A stretch of 64,000 nucleotides of DNA from Octopus sinensis (GCF_006345805.1 NC_043003.1:101742001-101806000), one strand, 5' to 3'; counted from the stretch's first letter, positions 1-11,430 are shown. Notes: a model not told the origin generated them from the sequence alone. Made by a program: numbers and translations.

Positions 1-236
1 GAGAACATTTCATTAAATTATCTTCCAAAAATCACATTAATATATTGATAAATAAAAAAGTTATAGTTGTTTAATGAAACCAGACTAAATTTATGATTAT
101 GTTAGAAATTAATTGAAACACATAAGGTGTGTATTTTGGTCAGAAATATAGTAAGGAAAGGGTTAAATAACTGGTTCTCTTGAATCCTAGAAATTTTTTA
201 TGTATATATCTACATATGTCTGTGTGTATATATGTA

Positions 237-1042
237 CCATAAATCCTCGAGTATAATCTGTATTTTTTTCCCAAAATCCCAAGTGCGTACTATATACGAG
301 GTTAAAAATGAAAAATAATTTTGTAAGCAATGTCTGAGTCTTTATTTGCTGTCCGGCAATGTCTATTCAGACGCATTTTGTGATGTCGGGCACAAAAATA
401 CCTTAAGCTAAGCTTGAAAGCAATGAAGTCATAAAAGAATCCTCCATAACTTGCAGTAAGCAACATTTATTAAAATAAAAGTATTCAGAACACAGAATAA
501 CATGTAACAAAAACAATCTGCAAACATATTTACATTCCCATATAACAGTTAAGAACATCACCATTATTGTATTATGCTTGCGCGGAATTGTTTGTTAGAC
601 TAGGTGCTATTGGCTTAATTACGTACGAATTGTGCTTAATAGTTTAGTTCATCCTGCTGTTTGTATTGGCAGTTTGCATCATTACCGTGTCAAACAATAG
701 ATACTTAATTAAATACCAGTATTAAATATTTGAACTACTGTGGGTCTTTACTAGAATTTTTTTATAAGTGTGACTTAAACCTGTACATTAATCTCCAATA
801 AAACATTTTATACATTACATGCCCATAAAATGCCTCGTAGATCTTATTCAGCTATTTTTAAACTTGAAGTTATATCATATGCTGAAGAGCATGGTAATAG
901 GGCCGCCTGAAGAACAATTTAGAAAGCTACATGTTTGCATAATGTTATATATACAATAATAATAAAGGACGTTATATTTGACTCAAGTTAGAGAAGGGGC
1001 GCATATTATACTCAAGGGAGGACTATACTCGAGGATTTACAG
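237..1042. mobile_element. Non-autonomous Tc2/pogo-like DNA transposon (MITE)
   Basis: 22-bp TIRs CCATAAATCCTCGAGTATAATC (237) and, reverse-complemented, CTGTAAATCCTCGAGTATAGTC (ends 1042), 3 mismatches; TA on both sides; subterminal TATACTCGAGG-like repeats; no transposase ORF. Confidence 0.75.
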
Positions 1043-1043
1043 T

Positions 1044-1545
1044 ATCATCATCATCATCATCATCGTTTAGCATCCGATTTCCATGCTAGCATGGGTTGGA
1101 CGGGTCAACTGGGGTCTGTGAAGCTGGAAGGCTTCGTCAGGCCCAGTCATATCTGGCAGTGTTTCTACGGCTGGATGCCCTTCCTAACGCCAACCACTCC
1201 GCGAGTGTAGTGGGTGTTTTTTACGTGCCACCTGCACAGGTGCCAGACAGAGCTGGCGAACGGCCACGAACGGATGGTGCTTTTACGTGTCACCGGCATG
1301 GGGCCAGGCGATGCTGGCAACGGACACGAACGGATGGTGCTTTTACGTGCCACCGACACGGGGCCAGACAGAGCTGGCAACCGGCCACGAATGGACGGTG
1401 CTTTTACGTGTCACCGGCACGGGGGCCAGCCGAGGCTGGCAACGGACGCGAACGGATGGTACTTTTACGTGCCACCGACACGGTTGCCAGACAGAGCTGG
1501 CAAACGGCCACGAGCGGACGGTGCTTTTACGTGTCACCGGCACGA
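1044..1545 (-). mobile_element. RTE LINE 3' end (3' UTR with tandem modules and (GAT)n tail)
   Basis: (TCA)n at 1044, then the reverse complement of the 3' UTR seen at 14880-15066 (CCATGCTAGCATGG, GGATGCCCTTCCTAACGCCAACCAC) and six ~60-bp modules. Confidence 0.85.
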
Positions 1546-1601
<56 letters not shown>

Positions 1602-1690
1602 CATGTGTGTGCGTGTATATATATGTGTATAAGTGTGTATATCTATATCTATAAAAGCAGGATGTGTGTGTGTGTGTGTACATGAATGCA
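1546..1690. repeat. (TA)n/(TG)n microsatellite
   Basis: Direct reading. Confidence 0.95.
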
Positions 1691-2133
1691 ATTTATGCGC
1701 ATCCACAAATTAGCATGCATGTCACTCTAATTTTAGGAAGACATTGGTCACAATCATGGCTGTGTTTTTGTCAACTTATTTTTCCTGTAGCACCCTCAGA
1801 CAGCAGTAAAAATCGATTTTCAACCATAACTTTTACCAATTTCCACATCAGTGAAATCTTTAAGTTTGCTAACATGAGTTAAGTCCCCTGCAATGGTGAT
1901 TATTAAACAGAAAGAAATGTATACATAGCTTTAATTATACAGGGAAACAAAGATGAACTGCTCTGAAAGAAATGTATATATTGTATACATATAGTACATG
2001 TATATATTTAATTTGTCTATATATTTCATTTTAACATTAATGTTGGTTTATTCAATTAGAAAATAAAAACCTAATGACAATGTAATTAGCAACTAGCACA
2101 TTTTGTTTCTTAGTTTCTGTTTGTTTTAATATT

Positions 2134-2175
<42 letters not shown>

Positions 2176-2178
<3 letters not shown>

Positions 2179-3794
2179 TTGCGGCCAAAATGTTCAGAAC
2201 GGCATTGTTTTTGTCAGAAAAGTAAGTATAAGTTTTTATCAAAGTAGTTTTATATTCTATAATTTTCACAGACAATAAATACAATATTAATTGTTATTGT
2301 CTGAGATTTTGGTGTAATTTGAGAGGATAATACAAAAGTTATGGATGATTTAGTGATTTACTGCAAAACACATGGCGGCCAAAATGATCAGAACGGTTGA
2401 AAAAATAACAAAATAATCAAAAATGACAGAGAATACTGGAATTATTTAATATTTAGTGTGAAGCTCTTTAGCTTCAATCACACTCTGACATCTTCGACTG
2501 CATGAAGAAATTAAATTTTCAATTTCTTGCTGGGTGATCTTATTCCATTCTTCCTGAAGGGCATTCCATAATTGCTCAGTTGTTTTAGGATTTCTGGCTT
2601 TCGAACGTTCTCCTCAAATATTTTCAATAGGATTGAGATCTGGGCTTTGAGCAGGCCAATCCATAACAATAACCTTTTCAGCCTTGAGGAAGTTCATGAC
2701 CACCTTAGCCTTGTGACATGGGGCATTGTCCTGCATGAATATGGGTGGTCGCTTAGTTGAATTTCTCAGCACAGGAGAGACATGATCTTTTACAAGTTGT
2801 TTATAAACTCCTGCATTTACCTTTCCATGTAATCGCACCAAAGGGCCCACACCATCTCCAGATATCATCCCCCAAACCATGACACTTCCTCCACCGAATT
2901 TAACACTAGTCTTAAGGCATTTAGGCAACAATTTTTCACCTACTTTTCTATGAACCAAATAACATAAACATCTGAGCCAAATAACATAAACTTAGATTCA
3001 TCACTGAAATGCACCGTTTGCCATTTTTCTTGAGACCATAAAACATGTTCGGTTGCAAAGGTAAGATGACACTTTTTATTCTTGGAGCTAATCAGTGGCT
3101 TCACTGCAGGTGCTCTTGCTTGTAGGTCATGTTCAACTAAACGATGAGACAGTTTTTCGAGATAAAGTTTTCTTCAATACAATGCTCATTTTCCGAGAAA
3201 CAGCAGCAGCAGTTTTAAATCTGTCCTTTTTAACCAACTTTACCATAGCACGATCTTCTCTCTTGGTCGTTTTTCTTGGCCTACCTGTAAACTTTCTTGC
3301 TTCACACGAACCACAATCATCGTAGACCTTAAGAATACCGTGTACAACACTTTTTGACTTGTTAACAATCTTTGCAATAGATCCAATACTTAAATTATCC
3401 TTCCTTCGAGCTTAATAATCTGCTGACGAATTGGTAACGGAGTAAGTGGCATTATATTAACAAAGTACACTGCAAATATTCTTACTAATGTTTAGTAAAC
3501 GAACTGTCACGTAAACAAATTCAAAACATTAGAGTTCGCCGGTTAAATATACTAAAACACGGAGTAAAAGCAACCGTTCTGATCATTTACGCCGCCATGA
3601 GTTTTGCAGTAAATCACTAAATCATCCATAACTTTTGTATTATCCTCTCAAATTACACCAAAATCTAAGGCAATAACAAATAATATCGTATTTATTGTCT
3701 GTGAAAATTATAGAATATAAAACAACTTGGATAAAAAATTATATCTACTTTTCTGACGAAAACAATGCCATTCTGAACATTTTGGCCGCAACTG
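2176..3794 (-). mobile_element. Tc1-family DNA transposon, IR/DR type, 1619 bp
   Basis: ~224-bp TIRs (2176-2399 and 3571-3794) starting CAGTTGCGGCCAAAATGTTCAGAA, each with an inner direct repeat (GGCGGCCAAAATGATCAGAACGG); TA flanks; internal transposase. Confidence 0.95.
2446..3452 (-). pseudogene. Tc1 transposase (DD34E), frameshifted
   Basis: Starts MPLTPLPIRQQ; HTH region followed by GRPRKTT; catalytic VKFGGGSVMVWG...QDNAPCH-x-WPAQSPDLNPIE (34 residues between D and E); ends ...HTKY*; split over several frames. Confidence 0.92.
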
Positions 3795-3831
<37 letters not shown>

Positions 3832-3914
3832 ATACACACACACAAAGATAAATTGATAGATACAACTGAGTGGGCAAATAAAAATATGAGGCATTGCCTA
3901 GTGCTTTTTTTTAT

Positions 3915-4235
3915 TTTGATAAGCCTGGTACTTATTCTATCAGTTTCTTCTTGTGAAACTAGTAAGTTATGGGGATGTAAATAACACCAGTTGTGAAGCA
4001 GTGATGAGGGAGAAACACAAAGACACACACATAGACTTACATATATATATATAAACATATATATATATATATACAATTGATGTCTTTCAGTTTCTGTCTA
4101 CAAAATCCACTCACAAGGCTTTGGTTGGTCTGAGGCTATAGCAGAAGACACATACCAAGTCACCACACAGTGGGACTGAACCTAGGACCATGTGTTTTGG
4201 AACAGAGTTTGTTACCCCACAGCTACACCTGCACC
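3915..4235 (-). mobile_element. tRNA-derived SINE (head, internal microsatellite, tail)
   Basis: Reverse strand has a B-box-like GGTTCAGTCC head and a CTTGG...GTGTCTT core, then a TA/CA tract and a tail (GGTACTTATTCTATC...). Related pieces at 21215, 51780, 55280, 56640, 61690, 62090 and 63060. Confidence 0.7.
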
Positions 4236-4560
4236 TATGTATGTGTGTGTGGGGTGTATGTATGTGTGTATGGGTGTATATATGTATGCATGCATATATG
4301 TGTACATATTACATGTACATCTAAATATATATACATCTATACATATACATGTATACATATACAGCTATACATGTACATGTATACATATACAGCTATACAT
4401 TTACATGTATATATATACATCCATATATATACATGTATATATATATATATACATCCATATATATACATGTATATATATACATCCATATATATACATGTAT
4501 ATATATACATCCATATGTATACATCTATATGTATACATCTATATATATATACACATGTAA
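4236..4560. repeat. TA/TACA low-complexity microsatellite
   Basis: Direct reading. Confidence 0.9.
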
Positions 4561-4975
4561 ATTTAAATATAAAATAATAAGGGTGAAAAATTGAATATTA
4601 ATTTGATAAATATGAATTGAAAACCAGTGGTGTAGCATAGCAGATCTTCTAGCAAAATGGATGTCCACTGTTAATGGTTCATCCCTGTTATATAATAGTT
4701 TGAGTTAAATAGTTTCAGCATTAAAGTGAAAGTATCTGACATTACAATAGAGATGTTTTTGTTTCACTTTTAACACGTAATACTGAAATAGAGGAGAAGA
4801 GATGATATTGCTGTTGGCTCACCCTAGGCAAGAAGTTAAAACATTTTTTTGCCCATGACACTATATGGAACCTAAGTAAGGCATGTGTAAAATTTGAATG
4901 AAATTGGTTGTGTAGTTCTCAAGTTTTAGGGATTCACACAGACAGACACACATTCTCAGTTTTATATATTTAGAT
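4561..4975. mobile_element. Possible non-autonomous Helitron/Helentron-associated (HINE-like) repeat
   Basis: Ends AAAATTTGAATGAAATTGG...CACAGACAGACACACATTCTCAGTTTTATATATTTAGAT, resembling HINE/DINE-1-like termini; recognised by resemblance only. Confidence 0.3.
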
Positions 4976-5290
4976 ATATACACACAGCCAAGTATGATAT
5001 ACATACATATACACACAAATATATATATGCATATATATATATACATACATATACATGCATACATATACATATATATATATATATATAAATATATACACAC
5101 ACATATATACACAAACATATAAACACACCCATATACACATATTCCCACAAAATATTCTCATGCACATACCAAGCACATGCCATGCACACACAGGCATGCA
5201 ATACTCACACACAGGCATGCAATACTCACACACACACACAAACACAAACATGCACATACACTCACACAATACTAACACATGCATAGCATA
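4976..5290. repeat. TA/CA compound microsatellite
   Basis: Direct reading. Confidence 0.9.
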
Positions 5291-5776
5291 TTCACACAGA
5301 TGTACTGAAGGCTTAACAATTTAATTATAGATCAGTTTTGTTAAAATTACTAACTAAGCTATGAATCGGGGGGGGGGGTATGAATATTGTATTTGTAGAC
5401 ACACATAACTAGTAAATAACTTTCAAAACTTGCTGCAGGCAGTAGCAGTATTATCCATATGGTAGCCATGGATTAGAGAGTCAAGCAGAGGGAGAGGATT
5501 AAAGCAGTAGTAATATGTGGCAATGCCTATGTGAGTAAAGAAATGTTAATGATGATAGTGGTAACAATTAAGATGGTGATGATAATGTGATGACAATAGT
5601 GAAGATAGTCATGTGTTATGGTTAGTGATGCAATATGGTGGAGTGTTTTTCACAAATTGTTACTCACTATTTCATGTAACTGATCACCAAACAGTCATGA
5701 GTATTTTGAACACTACTATGGTATTGTGAGAGTTTATGAAGCCTTTTCAGTTTCGATAAAATATTCAATCAATCAA

Positions 5777-5835
<59 letters not shown>

Positions 5836-5838
<3 letters not shown>

Positions 5839-6115
5839 GAGGCGCAATGGCCCAGTGGTTAGGGCAGCAGACTCACGGTTTCGATTCCCAGACCGGGCGT
5901 TGTGAGTGTTTATTGAGCGAAAACACCTAAAAGCTCCACGAGGCTCCGGCAGGGGGTGGTGATCCCTGCTGTTCTCTTTCACCACTCTTTCTCCTGTTGG
6001 CCTGCTCGCTTAGCCAGCGGGGTGGCGTCATTCGAAAGTTAAAACAATGTGAATGCATTGTGACCAGCGATGTGTAACTACATCTGATGGACTGGTCGGT
6101 CACGTGATCACGTGA
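5836..6115 (+). mobile_element. tRNA-derived SINE (second family)
   Basis: A-box TGGCCCAGTGG and B-box-like GGTTTCGATTCC; a second copy lies on the minus strand at 37405-37599. Confidence 0.8.
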
Positions 6116-6166
6116 TATACATATATATATATATATATCATCATCATCATCATTTAACGATGATGA

Positions 6167-6198
<32 letters not shown>

Positions 6199-6200
<2 letters not shown>

Positions 6201-6554
6201 CATTATTGGTGAATTGAAGAAATGGAGCTGAACGCAGATTGAACAGAAATCGTTTTATTTCATTCTACACGTGTTTCGAAAGGCACAAATTACCAAAATC
6301 CGATTGAATAATGGGACCATATTGTGTCTTTCTCTTCAGGAAGAAAAAAGGAAATCCGTTGGAAAAACAAAAACAGAACAGAGGCAGAGCAAAATACAAA
6401 TCGAACTGTGCTCCTAAGAGCCCATGGCGAAACTGTTTATCAGTGTATGTTGAGAACCGGTGGCTGAAGAATTCAACAGGTCAGGCATCGGTCAACCATG
6501 TGGGTGAGGGTGTATAGATGTTCTTTTGACCGATAATAAAGTTCTGACTATTTA
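6199..6554 (-). repeat. PLE 3' pseudo-LTR copy
   Basis: Reverse complement of 9785-10137; the differences I could align are 1-2 nt indels. Confidence 0.92.
6258..6347 (-). ncRNA. Minimal type I hammerhead ribozyme in PLE pLTR
   Basis: Minus strand: stem I UUUCUUC/GAA(U)GAAA; core CUGAAGA; stem II GAAAGACACA/UGUGCCUUUC (1 mismatch); GAAA; palindromic stem III ACACGUGU; GUA cleavage triplet (cut between 6266 and 6265). Confidence 0.8.
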
Positions 6555-6954
6555 AAAAATATTGGATGTTTTATAAGGGGCGAGAAAAAATCTACTTAGA
6601 GACGTGTGTGTGTGTATACTGTTCTATATATGTTGTGTGTTGGCGTAGGGGTAGAAAACATTTTTTGTGTACGTGTGTGCGTTTGATCGTTCGGCTGTCA
6701 GTGGCTACTGCCGTGATAACCGTTGGGTGGCAGAAAGAAAAAAAAATAAAGAAATTATATATATATATTATGTTTTATGTGTGTGTGTGTGTGTTCATCC
6801 AGCCTGCCTTGACAAGGAAACCCCCCCTGTGAAAGAACAAGCCCCGTTTGTCTTACAGGAGTAATTTCCCTTGCAGTGGTTAATTGTAGATATCTTAAAA
6901 TCTATTTCAGAATTTGTTACCAAGGGCTATGGGTGCCGGTCTTGTTTATAAACG

Positions 6955-9635
6955 CTATTTAAAGGCCAGATAAGTGTAACGCCGCAATGGGGGCATCGAA
7001 AAGCCGACTGTAAGAGGCCCGTTTACCATCCGGCCTCTGGCAAACAAAATATGGAAGAGTTCGGAGACACAAAGGTTGCACTGTCTTCTGCCCCTATCAA
7101 ATGGGAGGGCCACCGACAAATTGACCATTCCAGCCTATAGCTTAAGTTCGCATCCTTCAGTCGCCATATTAGCTTACTGAGTCCCGTGGTCTGGCGCTTG
7201 TTCACGTCCCGAAAAGTTGCGTAATGGTTGGAGACACGCAAAGACAATCTTGAGGATGATGCCCCTATATAAGTGAAGGCATCTGAGTCCGTGTAAACCT
7301 TGCATTGGTAGACGGCGTTTTTGATCTTGGAGTTCGCCGACGTGAATCTTACTCTGCTAGGATTGGTTTCTGAAATTAGAACTGCGTTCCTGTCACTATA
7401 TTTTTCCGAGACCTGCAGCCGCTTACTACTCTATTTTCCACTAGTCACTATTAACTATAGGAATAACCCCTGATTCTCCACTACTATCAGAGTGCTGTCA
7501 TTGCTACTGCCCGTGGTACTGCTATTGCGGGAAATGATGCTGGGGATGCTAAAGGGGGCTCTACCCTACTCCCATTGTTACCATCAACCACAACACCCCT
7601 ATTTATAACTATACCCCTCGTGGGTGCTCCCTGGCTGGAGCTGAGATTATGTGTCACTGTACTGGCTCTCATATCATTATTACTACTATAATTATTCCTA
7701 CTGAGCATTAAACCGGGAGCGGAAGAGGCTGTGCCTCCGGAAAAAGGTGATAGGGTCTTAGTAAGTAGCCTATTATTATGGGAGGCGATTATCTGGGCGA
7801 GGTTTTTAGTGTTGGAGAAAGCTATCCTAACTTTATGTGAGTTAACCGTGGAGTAATATTGGAATTTCTGGGGAAGTTATTGGCGATGGCTTGTCTAAAC
7901 ATGGGGGGAGGTTAGTTCTAATCTGCTTACCAAAGGGGATTACAAACCATATATGCTTATTCCTATCAGTGTGATGGGTCGGGACGCCAGCTCTCGCATT
8001 TGGGTGGGTGATTCTCGGATGAATAACGGGTCTTGGGTTAGTGTAAGACCTCCCGGACCGATAATTATCCTTGTTCGCTAATTAAATGCGGGAGCGACTA
8101 CCCCGGTATCCGCCGCGCTCCCGTCCTTACTTAAAATGTTAATGTTATTATATACGGCCCTATCCTGATGACCGAATGATGGCATCGGAAGGGCCGGATC
8201 AATATAAATTACCTTCTGCCTATAACCGGCCTTGGATAGTGCGGCGTTATAAAAATCCGCTTTCTGCATAAAAATATATCGCACTGGCGGACAGGCCAGA
8301 CAATCTTAGAGAGATGTTTTTAACCAAATTGTCTGTTACGGTTTTGGCATGATTTGAGAAGACACTGACATACTTCAAATAGTGGAAGGCTTATGGTAAG
8401 GGCAGTATGAGTCGCTATTAAGGTTAAGTGTAACGTCTAGGAAATTAGCCTTGGTGAGTTCGTTATCAAAAACTATACTCATGCCCATTCTATTAAAAAA
8501 CCTAGCTAACCTGCTCTTAGTTTTCTGCACTATTCTGTTCGTGGTGGTTTTGCAGGTAAAACAGACAATCGTCACGATACAGGCCGCCCGCGATCTCCGG
8601 GAATTGATCGGACAATTCGTAGAGAATATATATTCCGACCAAATCGGCTATCTGCGGCACTATCCGAACTACCCATAGGCACATCAAATTCATTGGGAGT
8701 ATCCTTACGGATCCACAGCTTATTATCAAACTTAATAAACGATTTCCTGGCAACTAAAATGATATCTATCTCTTCTCTGGTGAGGCCTGCCTTGTTGTGA
8801 GCATGCCAGAGGGCCTTATTTAGCACACTAGGGTTAATCGAGGGGTAGAAGCTGGCGATATCAAACTGAATGAACCTAGTACGGTTCTTATTGGGGATGG
8901 AAGAGAACCACTTCACTACCTGCGAGGAGTTGGCCCAGAGGCTGAGCTTCAGCTTGTTTACTAAACTAGGGATATATTTATCTAAAATGTACTTACTGAT
9001 TATCCCGATATCAGATCTAGCAGGGCATATGAGTCTTAGCGCTGGGTTGGTGTGAAGTTAGGTTTATAGTCCTTCACTATAAATCTAGGTTGCTTGGGGC
9101 TAAGCGGCTGAGTTCTCATTTGAATTCGGTGTTTAAATATTATATCCTTAATTTCCAAGTTTACCTTCCTCAGGGTACTCCAATTGGTTTTTCTATAATT
9201 TTTCTTGATCTCTTTACCGAGTAAATCTAGGTACTGCTTAATGGACATCTTGTATGTGTTCCTGGTCTTGTCGGACTGGACCAGGACTCCGTCCGTTCTA
9301 TTAATGTCCTTGGTAATTTTATCTAGGTATCTGAGGTGGGCATTTCTCCTGGGTGACTTCCTGAACTTAATCTTTCTAACTATGTCCCACAAGTCGTCCT
9401 CAAACTTTTTCAGTCTTGGGTTCGGTGGCGGCGTATCCAATGTTTTAAAAAGCCGGCCGTATTCGGACGATGCAGTTGTCCGGTTCGATTTTAGATCTTC
9501 GTTCTCGTGGAAGAAAATGAGCCATCTTATCCGGTTTATGAATGCGTTGGTTTTACAAACCAACTCCTTAAGGAAGGCATCCTTTGGTGGTATAGGAATA
9601 TCCTTAAGGGACGCATCAATCTCGAACAACTCCAT
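6955..9635 (-). pseudogene. PLE reverse transcriptase + GIY-YIG endonuclease (~890 codons, frameshifted)
   Basis: Motifs VQSDKTRNTY, FDIASFYPSI, FDVPMGS, GLYRDD, FLDVTLNL, YCPYHKP, WFVIPF, IIASHN; endonuclease NAVYQC...FTYIGAS, RVSNH, LSKLIW.LK, CNLC.SE. Confidence 0.9.
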
Positions 9636-9784
9636 TATTGGCGTCGGTTAAAGTAGCAGTTTCTTGACGAAGCGGTATGTATTATGTGAAATAGAAAGAT
9701 GAATAATCTTGTAGTAGATTAATCAAAAGTTTAACCGATACCTTAGTAGCAAAAATCACAGCAGTGAACAGCACGGTTGGAGGA

Positions 9785-10288
9785 TAAATAGTCAGAACTT
9801 TATTATCGGTCACAAAGAACATCTATACACCCTCACCCACATGGTTGACCGATGCCTGACCTGTTGAATTCTTCAGCCACCGGTTCTCAACATACACTGA
9901 TAAACAGTTTCGCCATGGGCTCTTAGGAGCACAGTTCGATTTGTATTTTGCTCTGCCTCTGTTCTGTTTTTGTTTTTCCAACGGATTTCCTTTTTTCTTC
10001 CTGAGAAAAGACACAATATTGGTCCCATATTCAATCGGATTTTGTAATTTGTGCCTTTCGAAACACGTGTAGAATGAAATAAAACGATTTCTGTTCAATC
10101 TGCGTTCAGCTCCATTCTTCAATTCACCAATAATGTTTTAATTTCAATTATCCGCACCAACGCACGGTTGCAACGCCAGATGGTTGTACCTCCAACCGTG
10201 CTGTTCACTGCTGTGATTTTTGCTACTAAGGTATCGGTTAAACTTTTGATTAATCTACTACAAGATTATTCATCTTTCTATTTCACAT
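9785..10288 (+). repeat. Inverted PLE pseudo-LTR at the element 5' end
   Basis: On the plus strand reads as the natural pLTR order (3' segment, spacer, 5'-UTR segment), joined head-to-head to the ORF-bearing copy. Confidence 0.88.
9993..10079 (+). ncRNA. Second hammerhead copy in the inverted pLTR, core apparently disrupted
   Basis: Same fold, but reads CTGAGAAAAGACACA instead of CTGAAGAGAAAGACACA (net 2-nt loss). Confidence 0.55.
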
Positions 10289-10387
10289 TATATATATATA
10301 TATATATATATACATATACGTACCCATCTAGCTACCTATGATGATAGCTAGCTAGATGGGTATGTATATGTAAAATATCATGTATAT

Positions 10388-10418
<31 letters not shown>

Positions 10419-11361
10419 TATATATATAATAGCTAGCTAGATGGGTATGTATATGTAAATATATATGTATATTATATATATATATATAGCTAGCTAGATG
10501 GGTATGTATATGTAAATTATATCTAGCTAGCTACATATATATATATTACATATGTAAATTATATCATGTATATTATATATATAGCTAGCTAGCTAGATGG
10601 GTATGTATATGTAAATTATATCATGTATATTATAGATATATATATATAGCTAGCTAGATGGGTATGTATATGTAAATTATATCATGTATATTATAGATAT
10701 ATATATATATAGGTAGCTAGATGGGTATAGGTAGCTAGATGGGTATGTATATGTAAATTATATCTAGCTAGCTATATATATATATTACATATGTAAATTA
10801 TATCATGTATATTATATATATATAGCTAGCTAGCTAGATGGGTAGGTATATGTAAATTATATCTAGCTAGCTACATATATATATATTACATATGTAAATT
10901 ATATCATGTATATTATATATATATATATAGCTAGCTAGATGGGTATGTATATGTAAATTATATCTAGCTAGCTACATATATATATATATTACATATGTAA
11001 ATTATATCATGTATATTATATATATAGCTAGCTACCTAGATGGGTATGTATATGTAAATTATATCATGTATATTATAGATATATATATAGCTAGCTAGAT
11101 GGGTATGTATATGTAAATTATATCATGTATATTATAGATATATATATATATATATATAGGTAGCTAGATGGGTATAGGTAGCTAGATGGGTATGTATATG
11201 TAAATTATATCTAGCTAGCTATATATATATATTACATATGTAAATTATATCATGTATATTATATATATATAGCTAGCTAGCTAGATGGGTATGTATATGT
11301 AAATTATATCATGTATATTATATATAGGTAGCTAGATGGGTAGGTATATGTAAATTATATG

Positions 11362-11392
<31 letters not shown>

Positions 11393-11430
11393 GCTAGCTA
11401 GATGGGTATGTTTATGTAAATTATATCGGT
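10289..11430. repeat. Complex minisatellite array (TAGCTAGATGGGTATGTATATGTAAATTATATCATGTATATTA-type units with TA runs)
   Basis: Roughly 15-20 rearranged units, some with short inverted sub-blocks. Confidence 0.9.

Larger units (their letters stand above)
6199..10288 (-). mobile_element. Penelope-like retroelement (PLE), near full length, with inverted 5' pseudo-LTR
   Basis: Single RT + GIY-YIG frame; pLTR segment 6199-6554 recurs inverted at 9785-10137; 9684-9783 recurs inverted at 10189-10288; (TA)n on both flanks. Confidence 0.92.

Noticed and set aside
1215-1545. CRISPR-like repeat-spacer appearance (also 14375-14900)
   Set aside because: Spacers are homologous to each other, the arrays sit in LINE 3' UTRs, there are no cas genes, and the context is eukaryotic.
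5836-5900. Possible tRNA gene (also the other SINE heads)
   Set aside because: A/B boxes only, with no complete cloverleaf, and it continues into a SINE body.
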